Assembly: GCF_001194135.2 (NCBI RefSeq)
Contig: NC_068996.1
Location: 9,874,873 to 9,929,110 of the forward strand
Source of the DNA: Octopus bimaculoides
Taxonomy: Eukaryota
Reading direction: 5' to 3'
DNA length: 54,238 nucleotides
The notes under the pieces were generated by a model. That model ran no database searches and had not been told where the DNA came from. It saw only the letters and a program-made list of their open reading frames with translations. How positions within the stretch are numbered: position 1 is the stretch's first letter; each line of letters starts with the position of its first letter. Positions 36,065 to 48,984 of this stretch are shown here, piece by piece. Made by a program: the position numbers and the translations under genes.

Positions 36065-37959
36065 ATACCGGACTAGGTATGTTTAATAAAAAATAACTTA
36101 TTTATCTAAGTTTTAACATCATCTCCTTCGAAATAGTCAACCTTGCACAGCAATACACTGGTCATCTGAGCCTTCCTGCCACTTTTGGAATCTGGCCTGG
36201 AAGTTGTTTTCTGTAAGCGAGTTAAGGACTTTGTGATTCACTCTGAATCTTGACAATGGTTACCATTAACCCTTTCGTTACAAACCCGGCCGTAGCCGGC
36301 TGAAAAATTTTTTGGTTCATAAGACTAACCCGGTCGAGCGTACCCATTGTTATTTAAATGTATATTTGAACCCAAATCTCGTTAGTACATTCGTTAAAAC
36401 ACCTCGATTTCACTTTGCAAACAGTTGAGTTATTGTCTCCGACATTGTTTGGCGTGATATTTGAACTCAGTGAATTTTGGAAGATTTTTTTCCACATTTT
36501 TTGCGGCGTTAATTTTTTTCAACTTTGAAGATGGAGAGGAGTTTCATGCTATCAAGCAGTGATTCCGAATTTGAAGGTTTTTCAACAGAAGATATGGAGA
36601 TATCGAAGAAAANNNNNNNNNNNNNNNNNNNNNNNNNNNNNNNNNNNNNNNNNNNNNNNNNNNNNNNNNNNNNNNNNNNNNNNNNNNNNNNNNNNNNNNN
36701 NNNNNNNNNNNNNNNNNNNNNNNNNNNNNNNNNNNNNNNNNNNNNNNNNNNNNNNNNNNNNNNNNNNNNNNNNNNNNNNNNNNNNNNNNNNNNNNNNNNN
36801 NNNNNNNNNNNNNNNNNNNNNNNNNNNNNNNNNNNNNNNNNNNNNNNNNNNNNNNNNNNNNNNNNNNNNNNNNNNNNNNNNNNNNNNNNNNNNNNNNNNN
36901 NNNNNNNNNNNNNNNNNNNNNNNNNNNNNNNNNNNNNNNNNNNNNNNNNNNNNNNNNNNNNNNNNNNNNNNNNNNNNNNNNNNNNNNNNNNNNNNNNNNN
37001 NNNNNNNNNNNNNNNNNNNNNNNNNNNNNNNNNNNNNNNNNNNNNNNNNNNNNNNNNNNNNNNNNNNNNNNNNNNNNNNNNNNNNNNNNNNNNNNNNNNN
37101 NNNNNNNNNNNNNNNNNNNNNNNNNNNNNNNNNNNNNNNNNNNNNNNNNNNNNNNNNNNNNNNNNNNNNNNNNNNNNNNNNNNNNNNNNNNNNNNNNNNN
37201 NTAACATGTTGATAAATAAAAAAGTTACAGGCGTTTAATGAGACTAGTCTAAATTCATGATTATTTTAGAATTTAATTGAAACTCATGAGGGGTGTATTT
37301 TGGTCAGAGATATAGTAACGAAAGGGTTAAGCTGCATTGGGGAAGAGATGGAAGTGTGCAGGTGCTAAATCTGGCAAGTAGGATGGGTTGTGGAAGCAAT
37401 ACCATGTTTTTGGTGAGAAACTCATGAGTGAGGAGAGTTCGGTGACAGGGTGCATTGTCATTGTGAAGAATTCGATTTTTTGTGCTCCACAGATTCGGTT
37501 ACTTTTACCAAATGTCCTTCCTCAAATCCTGCAAAATGTTGCAATCTCTCAATTGACAGTCTGGTCCTGAGGAATGAATTCTCAATGCACAGTAACACAC
37601 TTCCGGGGTTGATACTCATGGTAAGTCTTCCAGGGACATTCTTTTGCTTTTGAAGTGCCTGTGCCACTTGAAACATTGCATACGACCCATTGCCTCGTCC
37701 ACTGTAAGCGTGCTCAATGTCTCTGTAGTAGACTTCTCAAGTTTATCACAAAATTCCATGTTGGCTCTCTGTTCCTGTCCATTGCAAAATCACAGACTAC
37801 AACATACATATCATCACAGAAACACAAATGTCACAACTTGCAAAGTAAACACAGCAATGTCACTTGGCACACTGATTCATGGAGATCACTGCTAGCTCTT
37901 ACTGCCTTCTGTTGGTGCACTGCAGAACTTGTCCAGAAACTTTTTGATATGACCTTGTA
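36065..37959 (-). mobile_element. Degenerate mariner transposon split by a piggyBac-like insertion
   Basis: TIR tacaaggtcatatcaaaaagtttctggac (37931-37959); EQRANMEFCDKL..., HNDNAPCH and PSYLPDLAPAHFHLFP (37330-37790); C-terminus TIVKIQSES...FQKWQ...DYFEGD (36110-36265). Confidence 0.88.
36270..37326 (+). mobile_element. piggyBac-like non-autonomous element (589 N internal)
   Basis: Perfect 12-bp TIR CCCTTTCGTTAC/GTAACGAAAGGG with TTAA on both sides (36266-36269, 37327-37330); acidic ORF start MERSFMLSSSDSEFEGFSTEDME at 36531. Confidence 0.88.
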
Positions 37960-38299
37960 CACATACACACGTATTCTCCTCTTCAGCAAGACACCTATCC
38001 CTGTCACTTGATTATACTTTCACTTTCCTCAATACATAAGAGAGTAGAATATTTTGGGTTGGATATGGCTAGAATAAGAATAGGGTGGTGAAAGTTCAGG
38101 GAACTTTTGCCTCTGATGACAACCAAAGATCTCTCTCACTCTCTAAGTGAAAGGGAGATTGTATGATGCATGTGTACAAACTGTAATGCTGTATAGTAAT
38201 GAGGAAAACATGAAGCTGGTATACTTTGCTGTATGTGCAATGTCAGTGTATATGTGTAACAGAGCATTGGTATATTGAGGGAGAAGTTGGACATAAGAG

Positions 38300-38825
38300 A
38301 AATTATATGCAGTGTGCAAGAGAGGAGACTATGCTGGTTTGGTTATGTGATGTAGACGGATAAGGACAGTTGCATAAAGAAATACCAATCACTTAAAATG
38401 GAGGAAAGTTGTGGAAGGGGGACACCTAGGAAGACATGGGACGAAGTTTTGAAGGCTGATCTCAGGATACTGAGCCTTATGAAGGAGACGACAGAGGGCC
38501 AAGATTTATAGCTCATTGCTGTACTTGAGAAGACCTGTCCACCACAACAGAATCGAGATCCAATAACCAAGTTGCTATGTACAAAGCATTGCTGTAGGTG
38601 CTAGTAACACTTAAAAAGCACCTGTGCACTGGGGGCTTTTTACATGATACGTAAAAAGCCCCCAGTGCACTCAGTGGGGTGGTTGGTATTAAGAAGGGCA
38701 TCTAGCCATAGAAACCAAGCCAAAACAGACTATGGAACCTGGTGCGGTCCCTGGCCTTACCAGTTCTTGTCAAACCATCCAACCTATGCCAGCAAGGAAA
38801 ACGGACATTAAATGATGATGGTGTT
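38300..38825 (+). mobile_element. 5'-truncated RTE LINE (ORF C-terminus plus 3'UTR)
   Basis: Encodes CGRGTPRKTWDEVLKADLRILSL with stops; family B tail. Confidence 0.8.
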
Positions 38826-39369
38826 CATTTTAACTTCTAAAGGCTTCAAAGATGTGCTTACAATCGCCTAACTTATCCTTAATAACCTACATCTTGGTGA
38901 GAATTCAATTATTTTACCATGTTACAATGCAGTATCAGTATATAGTACTTCAGTATTCATTGAAAAGCTCAATGACTAATTTCAGTCATTCAGCTTTAGC
39001 CATTCTGGGACACTATCTTCAAAGGTTTTTACCCTAGCAGCTTGCCTTTTGGTTATTGGAAATTTTGCTGTAAATATTTTTGTCATATGAAAATGCACCA
39101 TTAAAAAAATTAGCTGTTTTCTTAAAATGGCAACATCAACTAATTTACCAATTAGAGAAAGGTAATTTAATATCTAGTTTACAGTTTGCTTGTGTACCTC
39201 CTTTACAGCGAAATTTCCAGCAGCAAATTTTTCCATGGTAAAAAATATTTACAGCGATTTTTCCAGACACATAGCCTTGAATTGACCAAGGAAGGTGATA
39301 AAGAAGCATTCATCTAGACAGGATTTGAACTTAGAACACAAGGAGATGTAACTAATTACCACAAGCATG

Positions 39370-39755
39370 TTGTTGGCAATCCGTCGCTTACGACGTCGAG
39401 GGTTCCAGTTGACCCGATCAACGGAACAGCCTGCTCATGAAATTAACGTGCAAGTGGCTGAGCACTCCACAGACACGTGTACCCTTAACGTAGTTCTCGG
39501 GGATATTCAGCGTGACATAGTGTGACAAGGCTGGCTCTTTGAAATACAGGCACAACAGAAACAGGAAGTAAGAGTGAGAGAAAGTTGTGGTGAAAGAGTA
39601 CAGCAGGGTTGGCCACCATCCCCTGCCGGAGCCTCGTGGAGCTTTTAGGTGTTTTTCGCTCAATAAACATTCACAACGCCCGGTCTGGTAATCGAAACCG
39701 CGATCCTATGACCGCGAGTCCGCTGCCCTAACCACTGGGCCATTGCGCATCCACC
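39370..39755 (-). mobile_element. tRNA-derived SINE (different head and body, tail type 1) with 13-bp TSD, inserted in a SINE C copy
   Basis: TSD TACCACAAGCATG at 39357-39369 and 39756-39768; head tggcccagtggttagggcagcggactcgcggtc...gtttcgatt. Confidence 0.85.
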
Positions 39756-40144
39756 TACCACAAGCATGGTATCTTAGCCAATGCACTTTCAGCAGAATAC
39801 TTGAATGTAATAAAGTCATAAATTATTAAATCCTCATCATCATTTAATGTCCAGTCTCCATGCTGGCATTGGTCAGACTGACCGGATTTGACATGCTGAA
39901 TGCCTAAGATTTATATCTCTTAAAATATTGTATTTAACTAACTTCACATGGATTAATCTTTTGGTGTTTATGTTAGCCATATCAGGCCAAAATATTCTGC
40001 TTTATTATCAAATTGCTAGATGTGGCCTCTCACACGTATCCTATTTTAAAAATAAACAATCAGATTGAAATCTCAAAGCTACAAGACATTGTCAGATTAA
40101 TTCAAAACAATATGAATAAATAAGAATTGCATTTGACAGAGTAA

Positions 40145-40487
40145 AGTAAAAAGACCCCCTTTTGTCATGTATGACCATGGGACTGCACCTAGAAAGTTAC
40201 CCTCCCAGGCACAAGTCTTGGCAAGCTTGTATATAGAAGACAAGCAGTCGCCCATGCATTCCAGCCTCCCCTCTCCACACCACCAATGTTATCCAAGAGA
40301 AAGGCAAAGGGGCTGATACAGCTTGGCACCAGTGACGTTGCAACTCATTTCTACAGCTGAGTGAACTGGAACAACATGAAATAAAGTGTCTTGCTCAAGA
40401 ACACAACACACAGCCCGGTCCAGGAATCGAACTCACTACCTCATGATTGTGATCCCAACACTCTAACCACTGAGCCATGTGCCTTCA
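40145..40487 (-). mobile_element. SINE family D (tail type 2) inserted in a TTAA MITE
   Basis: Same head and core as 8304-8627; imperfect 15-bp flanking duplication catttgacagagtaa/catttgtttgagtaa. Confidence 0.8.
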
Positions 40488-40739
40488 CATTTGTTTGAGT
40501 AATCAGAATGCTATCGAGTTAAAGACCTAGCTATTGTCTTTATCATTAAAACTCAACTCTACCACACACCATAGTGATGATGTTGCTGTGTGGTCATTTG
40601 AATTGCTAGAAATAGCAATCAAAACTTCTTCATAGCTACTTGAATTATCAAAGGAGTAATTTATCCAGTGTGTACTTGAAATTTTTAAGATATCACAATG
40701 TGATTTGTACTTTTGCTATTTCTATTGAGTCATCCACAA

Positions 40740-42155
40740 AGTTTTGAGTGTTTTTGGAGGATGGAAACAAAATTTTATTTCCAATGCAATAATTTCTGTT
40801 CATCAAAATACCCTCCGGTTCCCTTGAATTTAATCCATCTTTTCAACAGCTTCAGATTTCTATCCACATAGAATTGCTCTGTCTTGGAAGAAAAGAATGT
40901 ACCCAGGTGGTTTTTGAGTGAATCTAAACCATTTAATAGTTTCCTGTTCCTAGAATTTTTGAGAAATCTTAACAAATAGACGCAGGAGTGGCTGTGTGAT
41001 AAGTAGCTTGCTTACCAACCACATGGTTCCGGGTTCAGTCCCACTGCGTGGCACCTTGGGCAAGTGTCTTCTACTATCGCCTCAGACCGACCAAAGCCTT
41101 GTGAGTGGATTTGGTAGACGGAAACTGAAAGAAGCCCATCGTATATATATATATATGTTTGTGTGTCTGTGTTTGTCTCCCCAACATCGCTTGACAACTG
41201 ATGTTGGTGTGTTTATGTCCCTGTAACTTAGAGGTTCGGCAAAAGAGACCGATAGAATAAGAACTAGGCTTACAAAGAATAAGTCCTGGGGTCGATTTGC
41301 TCGACTAAAAAAGGTTGTGCTCCAGCATGGCCGCAGTCAAATGACTGAAACAAGTAAAGAGTAAATGAAAGTCAGGTAGTGCAATGTTAGGAGAGTTTCA
41401 TACATGTGGTGAGAGACACCAGCCAAACTCATGCAACTTTGTGTGGGTAACGAAAAGCACATGCAGTCTTCATTAAACATAACCCATTTCCAGTTGACTA
41501 CTTCTGGCCTCATCTGGTGAATTTTTGTTTTTTGATTCATTTTCTCCAGATGATGCTTGTATATGTCACAATTGATTTTCTAAGCTGGAGTATAATAATG
41601 TCTTTGAAATCCCACCAGAGACAAAGCGTAACCTTTTTTTTGCATGAATATTTTGCTTTGGTAACTGTTTAGCCACAGAAACCTCAGAACCATTTCCACA
41701 CTATCCTTGACTATCCATTTTAGATCTCCGCTCACCAATTACTTTAAAAGAGGTTCACATACATTGTGTTTTAAGAGCATGTCACAGATGAAATATTGCT
41801 CTGTGCAGTTTTTCTCTGACAGGTTGTAAAGAACCCATTCATTATAGAAGGAAATGTGCCAAGTTTCACTAGGTGTTAACGAATGGTACATTTTGGTACT
41901 TCCATATATCTCTGCAAGCTCCCAAGTCGTGATTTTGGGGTTGATCAGTGTATACCTTCAGATCTTTGTCCAGCTTTGAAGGTCTCCTAAAGAAACTCGA
42001 AATCTTCAATGTCTGAATTTTGTAAACCATTTCTGACCCATTGATTCACCTATAGCACCTTCACCATACACATCAAGAATGGTTTTACGTTTCTGTAGCA
42101 TTTTCATCCTTTTTAGAGATGAAATTTATTACGTGCTGCAATTGTTGATTATCCA
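40740..42155 (-). mobile_element. Near full-length degenerate mariner transposase, interrupted by a SINE A at 40981-41365
   Basis: N-terminal VYGEGAIGE...KWFTKF...TTWELAE, middle RPEVVNWKWVMFNED, C-terminal LKNHLGTFFSSKTEQFY...LLKRW...GGYF; many stops and frameshifts. Confidence 0.82.
40981..41365 (+). mobile_element. Full-length tRNA-derived SINE family A; inverted full copy at 42164-42593; partial copies near 1290-1390, 6500-6640, 21079-21260, 46760-46960, 47680-47820, 49090-49790
   Basis: A box tggctgtgtga and B box ggttcagtccc; central (TA/TG)n; tail ...gcagtcaaatgactgaaacaagtaaaga. Confidence 0.9.
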
Positions 42156-42367
42156 TTTCTGACTCTTTCTTTACTTGTTTCAAGCATTTGACTGTGGCCA
42201 TGCTGGAGCACCGCCTTTTAGTCGAGCAAATCGACCCCAGGACTTATTCTTTGTAAGCCTAGTACTTATTCTATCGGTCTCTTTTGCCGAACTGCTAAGT
42301 TACGGGGACATAAACACACCAGCATCAGTTGTCAAGCAATGTTGAAGGGACAAACACAGACACACAA

Positions 42368-42430
<63 letters not shown>

Positions 42431-43794
42431 CAATGGGCTTCTTTCAGTTTCCGTCTACCAAATCCACTCACAAGGCTTTGGTCAGCCCAAGGCTATAGTA
42501 GAAGACACTTGCCCAAGGTGCCATGCAGTGGGAATGAACCCGGAACCATGTGGTTGGTAAGCAAGCTACTTACCACATAGCTACTCCTGCGCCTTAATAA
42601 AGGTTGATTAAAAGTAAGAGATTTACCGATTTTTTATGCAAGATGCAACAAGTAAGATATCATGCTATAAGTGATTTCAACATAAGTGTTGTACCAATAT
42701 TACAGCTGTAATACGGACCATTTGAAGACACAACTCAAAATTGCTTGGAGCTTTCCAAGTGACCCATTAGCTGGTTAAATGGCCAATATAAAGTCTCCCT
42801 AAATTGAGAAGTTCTTGGTGAAATGAGACTAAAGGGATCTCTGAACTCTATTTTTCTTCTGTTCCCTCACTAAATACTCTAGAGAGTTGAGGTGAGGATT
42901 GGGGTGTTTTTGTCATGGCATCAGCATGAGGAGGGGTCATTTTATTCACTCTCACTCAAGATAATGTGACAAAAAATACAAATTATTAACAATCAAAGAC
43001 AATCATCAAATTTCAAAAGATTCTTAAAGATTCATATTAGAAGAAATAATTCAGACAACAAACTTGTGAAATGTGTGACAATCAAACGGAATAACCAAAA
43101 GATTCAAGAATGGGAAGAAATTGAAGGTTAATGCAAACATGAACTGCAAAACAAAAAAATTCACGTAGTAAAGATTGTTTGCCAACATAACATGGCAGTC
43201 CTGGTTTAGGACTAATGTTGCTGTAATTTAGCCCCATGCAACATAGTCTCCAGCTGGCTATACGACACGATCTGTGTCCTTATATTTTCAGACAAGGAAA
43301 TCTAGCACCCCCACTCAGCTCAAAACAATATCTGTGTATTGCGATTTCCGAGTTATTTCCCTCCATCAGCAATCTTTACTACAAAGTACTGTTGCTGAAT
43401 ATCTCACGTGAGGTTTAAAAATAGTAATTTTCCAAAACAATTCTCATTTACTGCACCATTTGCCCACAATACTAAACAGGATAAAAATTAATACACTGGG
43501 TAAGAGGACATAAATGACAAATCAAAGATTTATCTCTTAGAAATAGTGAACTACTAAACATTTGTGCAAATGGAAAATTCAAAATGTTTCTTTTTTTTCT
43601 CAAAATAAAGGAAGAAAATTATCAACTACAAAAGTCAACAGAATACTTTATAAGGATTCTAAATCTGAAACTGAACCAGAAATAGTCAACACCACTATTA
43701 AAAACATCTACATCTAAACAGATTACACCATAACGTGTTTGAAAAACTTATATATTACAAAAATATCTTCCCAAAAGATATGTGTCACTCTACT

Positions 43795-44855
43795 GTTTTT
43801 CAAGATGTTTTTTTAATATAACTAATAATTTCTATTTAAAATATTGTGACTACATGTTATTTTTTTCAAGATGTTTTTTTTTTATATAACTAATAATTTC
43901 TATTTAAAATACTGTCACTGCATGTTATTTTTTTCAAGATGTTTTTTTATATAACTAATAATTTCTATTTAAAATAGTCACTGCATGTTATTTTTTGCAA
44001 GATGTTTTTTTATATAATTAATAATTTCTATTTAAAATATTGTGACTGCATGTAATTTTTTTCAAGATGTTTTTTGTTTATATAACTAATAATTTCTATT
44101 TAAAATATTGTGACTACATGTTATTTTTTTCAAGATGTTTTTTTATATAACTNNNNNNNNNNTTTCTATTTAAAATATTGTGACTACATGTTATTTTTTT
44201 CAAGATGTTTTTTTATATAACTAATAATTTCTATTTAAAATACTGTCACTGCATGTTATTGTTATTTTTTTCAAGATGTTTTTTTATATAATTAATAATT
44301 TCTATTTAAAATATTGTGACTACATGTTATTTTTTTCAAGATGTTTTTTTTATATAACTAATAATTTCTATTTAAAATATTGTGACTACATGTTATTTTT
44401 TTCGAAATGTTTTTTTTATATAATTAATAATTTCTATTTAAAATATTGTGACTACATGTTATTTTTTTCAAGATGTTTTTTTTTATATAACTAATAATTT
44501 CTATTTAAAATATTGTGACTACATGTTATTTTTTTCAAGATGTTTTTTNNNNNNNNNNTTTTTTTTATATAATTAATAATTTCTATTTAAAATATTGTGA
44601 CTACATGTTATTTTTGCAAGATGTTTTTTTTATATAACTAATAATTTCTATTTAAAATATTGTGACTGCATGTTATTTTTTTCAAGATGTTTTTTTTAAT
44701 ATAATTAATAATTTCTATTTAAAATATTGTGACTGCATGTTATTCAAGATGGTTGTTTTATATAATTANNNNNNNNNNTATTGTGACTGCATGTTATTCA
44801 AGATGGTTGTTTTATATAATTAATAATTTCTATTTAAAATATTGTGATTGCATCA
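43795..44855. repeat. AT-rich tandem array with ~62-bp unit, roughly 17 copies, with small N gaps
   Basis: Unit ttttttcaagatgtttttttatataactaataatttctatttaaaatattgtgactacatgtta. Confidence 0.95.
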
Positions 44856-47196
44856 AGTAGTTTTTCGGAAAAAAAATTCATATATACATATACATATATG
44901 AAACTTTTTTTTTGTCAAAATAAATGAATATTTCTATAATGAACCAGTACTTTTTCAGATATGATAGACAAATGTTTGGGTAAAAAAAAAATTACAATAT
45001 GCGAATATGTGTCCAAAAATGTTACAGTAACACATTGATGCAGTTTAATTTCCTTATATTTTTATCATTTTTGTTTTACAATGAAATAAAAATTAAGGGA
45101 ATCTAATTCTGTTAATCTCATTAAAACTGGTGTATGAGACAAAAAGTGCACAAATTGGAAATGGAGTGGTTGTGTTGTGATTAACAGGTTGACTTATCAA
45201 TAGTAATAACAAGTTGCGAGGAAGAAATTATATCTTCAACAATGTGAGCGTGTGCATATTGTGTTATATTTATACACTCTTCATTTCAGTGTTTCGTATT
45301 CGAATGCCGTTGCTTTTCTTAAATACATTATAGCCATGCTATTTCTATTCGAAATAGTATCCATCGCAACAATATTTGGTTTTATATGCATTTGGTATAG
45401 TAATTATAAAATCTTAAGGATTTGCATTATTATTGAAAATTATTTTAATATATACATATCCTTTTTTGCAATTTGGATGCACACACTTTGAATTCTAGTC
45501 TATGCATAATTTCTTCAGTAATATATCTTCAACAATGCTTATTAATAACACTAAATATTTGTAGTATATACAATGTACAATTTGATCTATGTCTGTCATG
45601 TGTGAAAATCATAAAGATAGGGAAATTGCTAAAATATTGGAGCTGGAATATATTAATTTAGGTCATATTCTAGAGTTTCATAGAATAATCCCGTAGAGAG
45701 AAAAGTCAAGGATGTAAATTGTCTTATTAAATGTGGGTCTGATGAGGTATAGCCTTTAGTTGCAATAAGAAAAAAATCCCTATACAGAGCTGAACCCCAG
45801 GAGTTTTTATAAGCATGCCAAAAAGTTCGACAATATTGCAGGAGACTTTTAGGTACTAAAATTAACTGTTTTTTTGCCCAGCAAAAATTGCAGTCAAAAG
45901 ATGATTGGCTGGAATAAATGTCAGTATGTTTTATTAGAAAGTTCAGTGATGTAGCTAAAATTAACACCACCAAATTTCGTGGTCATTATTATTTTCCAGC
46001 AGATTTAACTTTCAAACTTAAATGCTCTTGGTTTGAATTCAAGGAAGGCTTTCTGCTACAAGAGTAATATTTGATACTAGCTGGACCCGTACTATCAAAA
46101 ATGATGGCTATTTGTAGTATTTTATATATAAAGTACATAATAATCACACATACAAACATTCACATACTTCCCTTGCACACACACACACACACATATACTC
46201 ACACGGAATTGAAACACGGTTTGATTTTTCTTTTCAGCGTTGAATATTCACCATCCCACTTCCATTGTACACAAACATTCACATACTTCCCTTTTACATA
46301 CACACACATCTATTCACACAGTTGAAATGCTGTTTGATTTTTTTTTCACCATAGTATTTCCATCATACCACTACCACTTTACCATAACCCGTTCCTTTCT
46401 CATTCATATGTTGACAGAGAAAAACACGAGTATTATTATAGTAGATTGCTTTTAAATCATTATATCTCTTATTTTAAAGGAAAATGAAGTATAGCTAAAG
46501 ATTTCTCAAAAGATCTAAGTGAGAGGAATCTAATATTGAAAACCACACAAAATCACACAAGTGTCACCCAGCTGTCATATATACCGTATTTTAACATGCA
46601 CAAGGAACCCTTTTTTTGTCAAAAATTGGGTTCCAAAAATATGGGAGTCTCTTATACATGGATAGTATTATAATCCCTTACAAAACCTTTTTTCCAGATT
46701 TTAAGCCAAAAAAAAATTAGGGGGTTCCTTATACACATTAAAATACGGTATATATATATATTTTATCTTTTACTTGTTTCACTCATTAGACTGTGGCCAT
46801 GTTGAGGCACTGCTTTGAAGAATTTTTAGTTGAATGAATTGACCCCAGTACTTATTCTTTTAAGCCTTTTTATCCTATCACTCTCTTTGATGAACTGGTA
46901 AATTAGGGGTGTGAGAACACACCAACACAGGTTGTCAAGCAAAAGTGGGGAACAAACACGCACACACACGTGTATACACAGAGTATTGTATTGTTCTTAA
47001 CCACCAACTTAACACTACACACTGAATCGTGGCAAGGTATGGAAGGTTTTCGGAGGACCGGAGAGATTATGTCTGGGTGGAGAATTATACGAGGTATAGT
47101 ACTATACAGAATACCGAAAGGATCTTCACCTCTTACATCACACATTTCTTCCTACTTCAATGCCGAGATGGTATAATTTCCTGGGAGAGAGATAAT

Positions 47197-47301
47197 TTTG
47201 CGGCTGAGGATAGCTTTACATTGTAGATTATACACATATTATATTATGTTATATTATATTATATTATACACATGTAGAGCTTGAAACACGTGTACCGCGG
47301 A
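47197..47301 (+). ncRNA. Type I hammerhead-like motif with palindromic tetraloop in helix III
   Basis: GCGG-CTGAGGA-T-AGCTTTACA-[AT-rich loop]-TGTAGAGCT-T-GAAA-C-ACGT-G-TA-CCGC; the 10.1/11.1 pair is a U-U mismatch. Confidence 0.6.
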
Positions 47302-47507
47302 ATCCTTTATAGTTTTGTTGTTATTTTTTTTTTTGGATTTACAATTTATTATATATATATATGTAGGTTATGAGCGAAAGTGGTGTCAATGAGACCCAGA
47401 GGTTTCAGGTAATGCTGAGTAAGTGCCATGGACAGACCATAGTTAAGCTCCAGGTTCGGTGGTTATGTGAATAAGGGGTCCAACGTAGGTCATATATCAG
47501 CGTGTCA

Positions 47508-47662
47508 ATATAAGGATTTCGTAAGGAGATAAAAAAACCAAGGCTGTGTATAATATAGAACATTTATAAATAGGTCTGGAAACAGCTGTAAGACCTTCTA
47601 TTTATAAATGTTCTATATTATACACAGCCTTGGTTTTTTATCTCATTACGAAATCCTTATAT
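47508..47662. repeat. Near-perfect inverted repeat, ~65-bp arms with a 24-nt spacer
   Basis: 47508-47573 versus 47598-47662: one mismatch and one indel. Confidence 0.9.
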
Positions 47663-48919
47663 ATATATGTGTATGTATGTATATATGACAAGCTTCTTTT
47701 AGTTTCCGTTTATTAAATCCATTCACAAGGTTTTGGTTGTCCTCAGGCTGTAGTAAAGACATGCAATGGGACTGAACCTGGAACTCTGTGGTTGAGAAGC
47801 AAGCTTTTTACCACAGAGTCGTATGATGATCCTCAGATATGAACACTTTTTACTCCATTACGTTGTCAACATGGTTTTCAAGATATACATATATATACAC
47901 GCACACACACACATATATATAATCAGCCACTGATGATGCTTAAAGAAGCATAAATTCATATTTAGTAATTCCACTGATAAACACTTTTCATCTGCTACTG
48001 GTATACTTACGTTTTTTGATACTATATGTCTATAAGATGCCTTCTTGAGACAAATATTGCAGTTTCCAGGCTTTCTACAATATGTGTCTATGTTAAACAT
48101 GCTAATAACTAACATATATATATACATATACTCAACCCAAAACCATGTGGTAGGGAAACAAACTTCTTAGCACACAACCACGTCTGCTCCTTGTTAATCC
48201 AACCATGAACATAGAAAAAAAAAAAAGCTGAACATTTTTAAACAATAAAAAAATTTTTTTAATGGAAAAAATTCCCAAAAAACAACAACGCTTTATTAAA
48301 GTTTTATTCAAAATCAAAATCTCCCCCTGCCATTGACATTTTAAAACACTTTATTATTTTATTTCTGAAGTTATAAATCACTTCTGGAGGGAAGAAAAAA
48401 AGTTAATATATATATATATACACACATATATATAGTTAGATATATTTTTTGTTATAAGTGATAGGAGGAGGAGGAAGAGAAGCTGGGAAAAGAGGGTCAG
48501 AGAGCAGGAAGTAAATATAGTTTACAAATAGAAGTGTTTTCTTAACTTGAGAGAAAACTAGTGTGTACATGTGTATGTGTATGTGTGCGTGCATGTGTGT
48601 GTCCACCCGTTTCTTAGAAAATGCTTCAGCTTCTACTCCCAAGTACTAATATAAGCATCAGTAGTACAGGTGGGTACCTGAAGATGTCCCACTCTAAGAA
48701 CAGCAGCAGCAGCAGCTACACTCTTGAAGATTCCACCATTTCTTTATTTTTATTTTTATTTTTGTGGTTGGATGTTAAAGAGTAGAATTACAATGACAAG
48801 GGGTTTGAAAGCAGGTGGGTTTCTTTTTTATTTTTTTCCTTTTTTTTTTTAGCTTTTCTTTAACAAGTTTGTATAGAGTGATGTTGCAATGCGTTATCTT
48901 GTATATTTAATAACTGCTA

Positions 48920-48984
48920 CTACTGCAATGGTGAAAATGGTGTTGGAATCAGGATGCGTGACTCCATGTGTCGTATCAGCGGCA
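48920..48984 (-). CDS. NIPSNAP: NIPSNAP terminal coding exon (V)PLIRHMESRILIPTPFSPLQ*
   Basis: ttacag acceptor after a pyrimidine tract; phase fits the previous exon; ends in the family's MESRI.IP...SPLQ C-terminus and TAG. Confidence 0.95.

Noticed and set aside
45252-45973. ORFs of 60-106 aa in the AT-rich intergenic region
   Set aside because: No recognisable motif, splice pattern or homology that I could support
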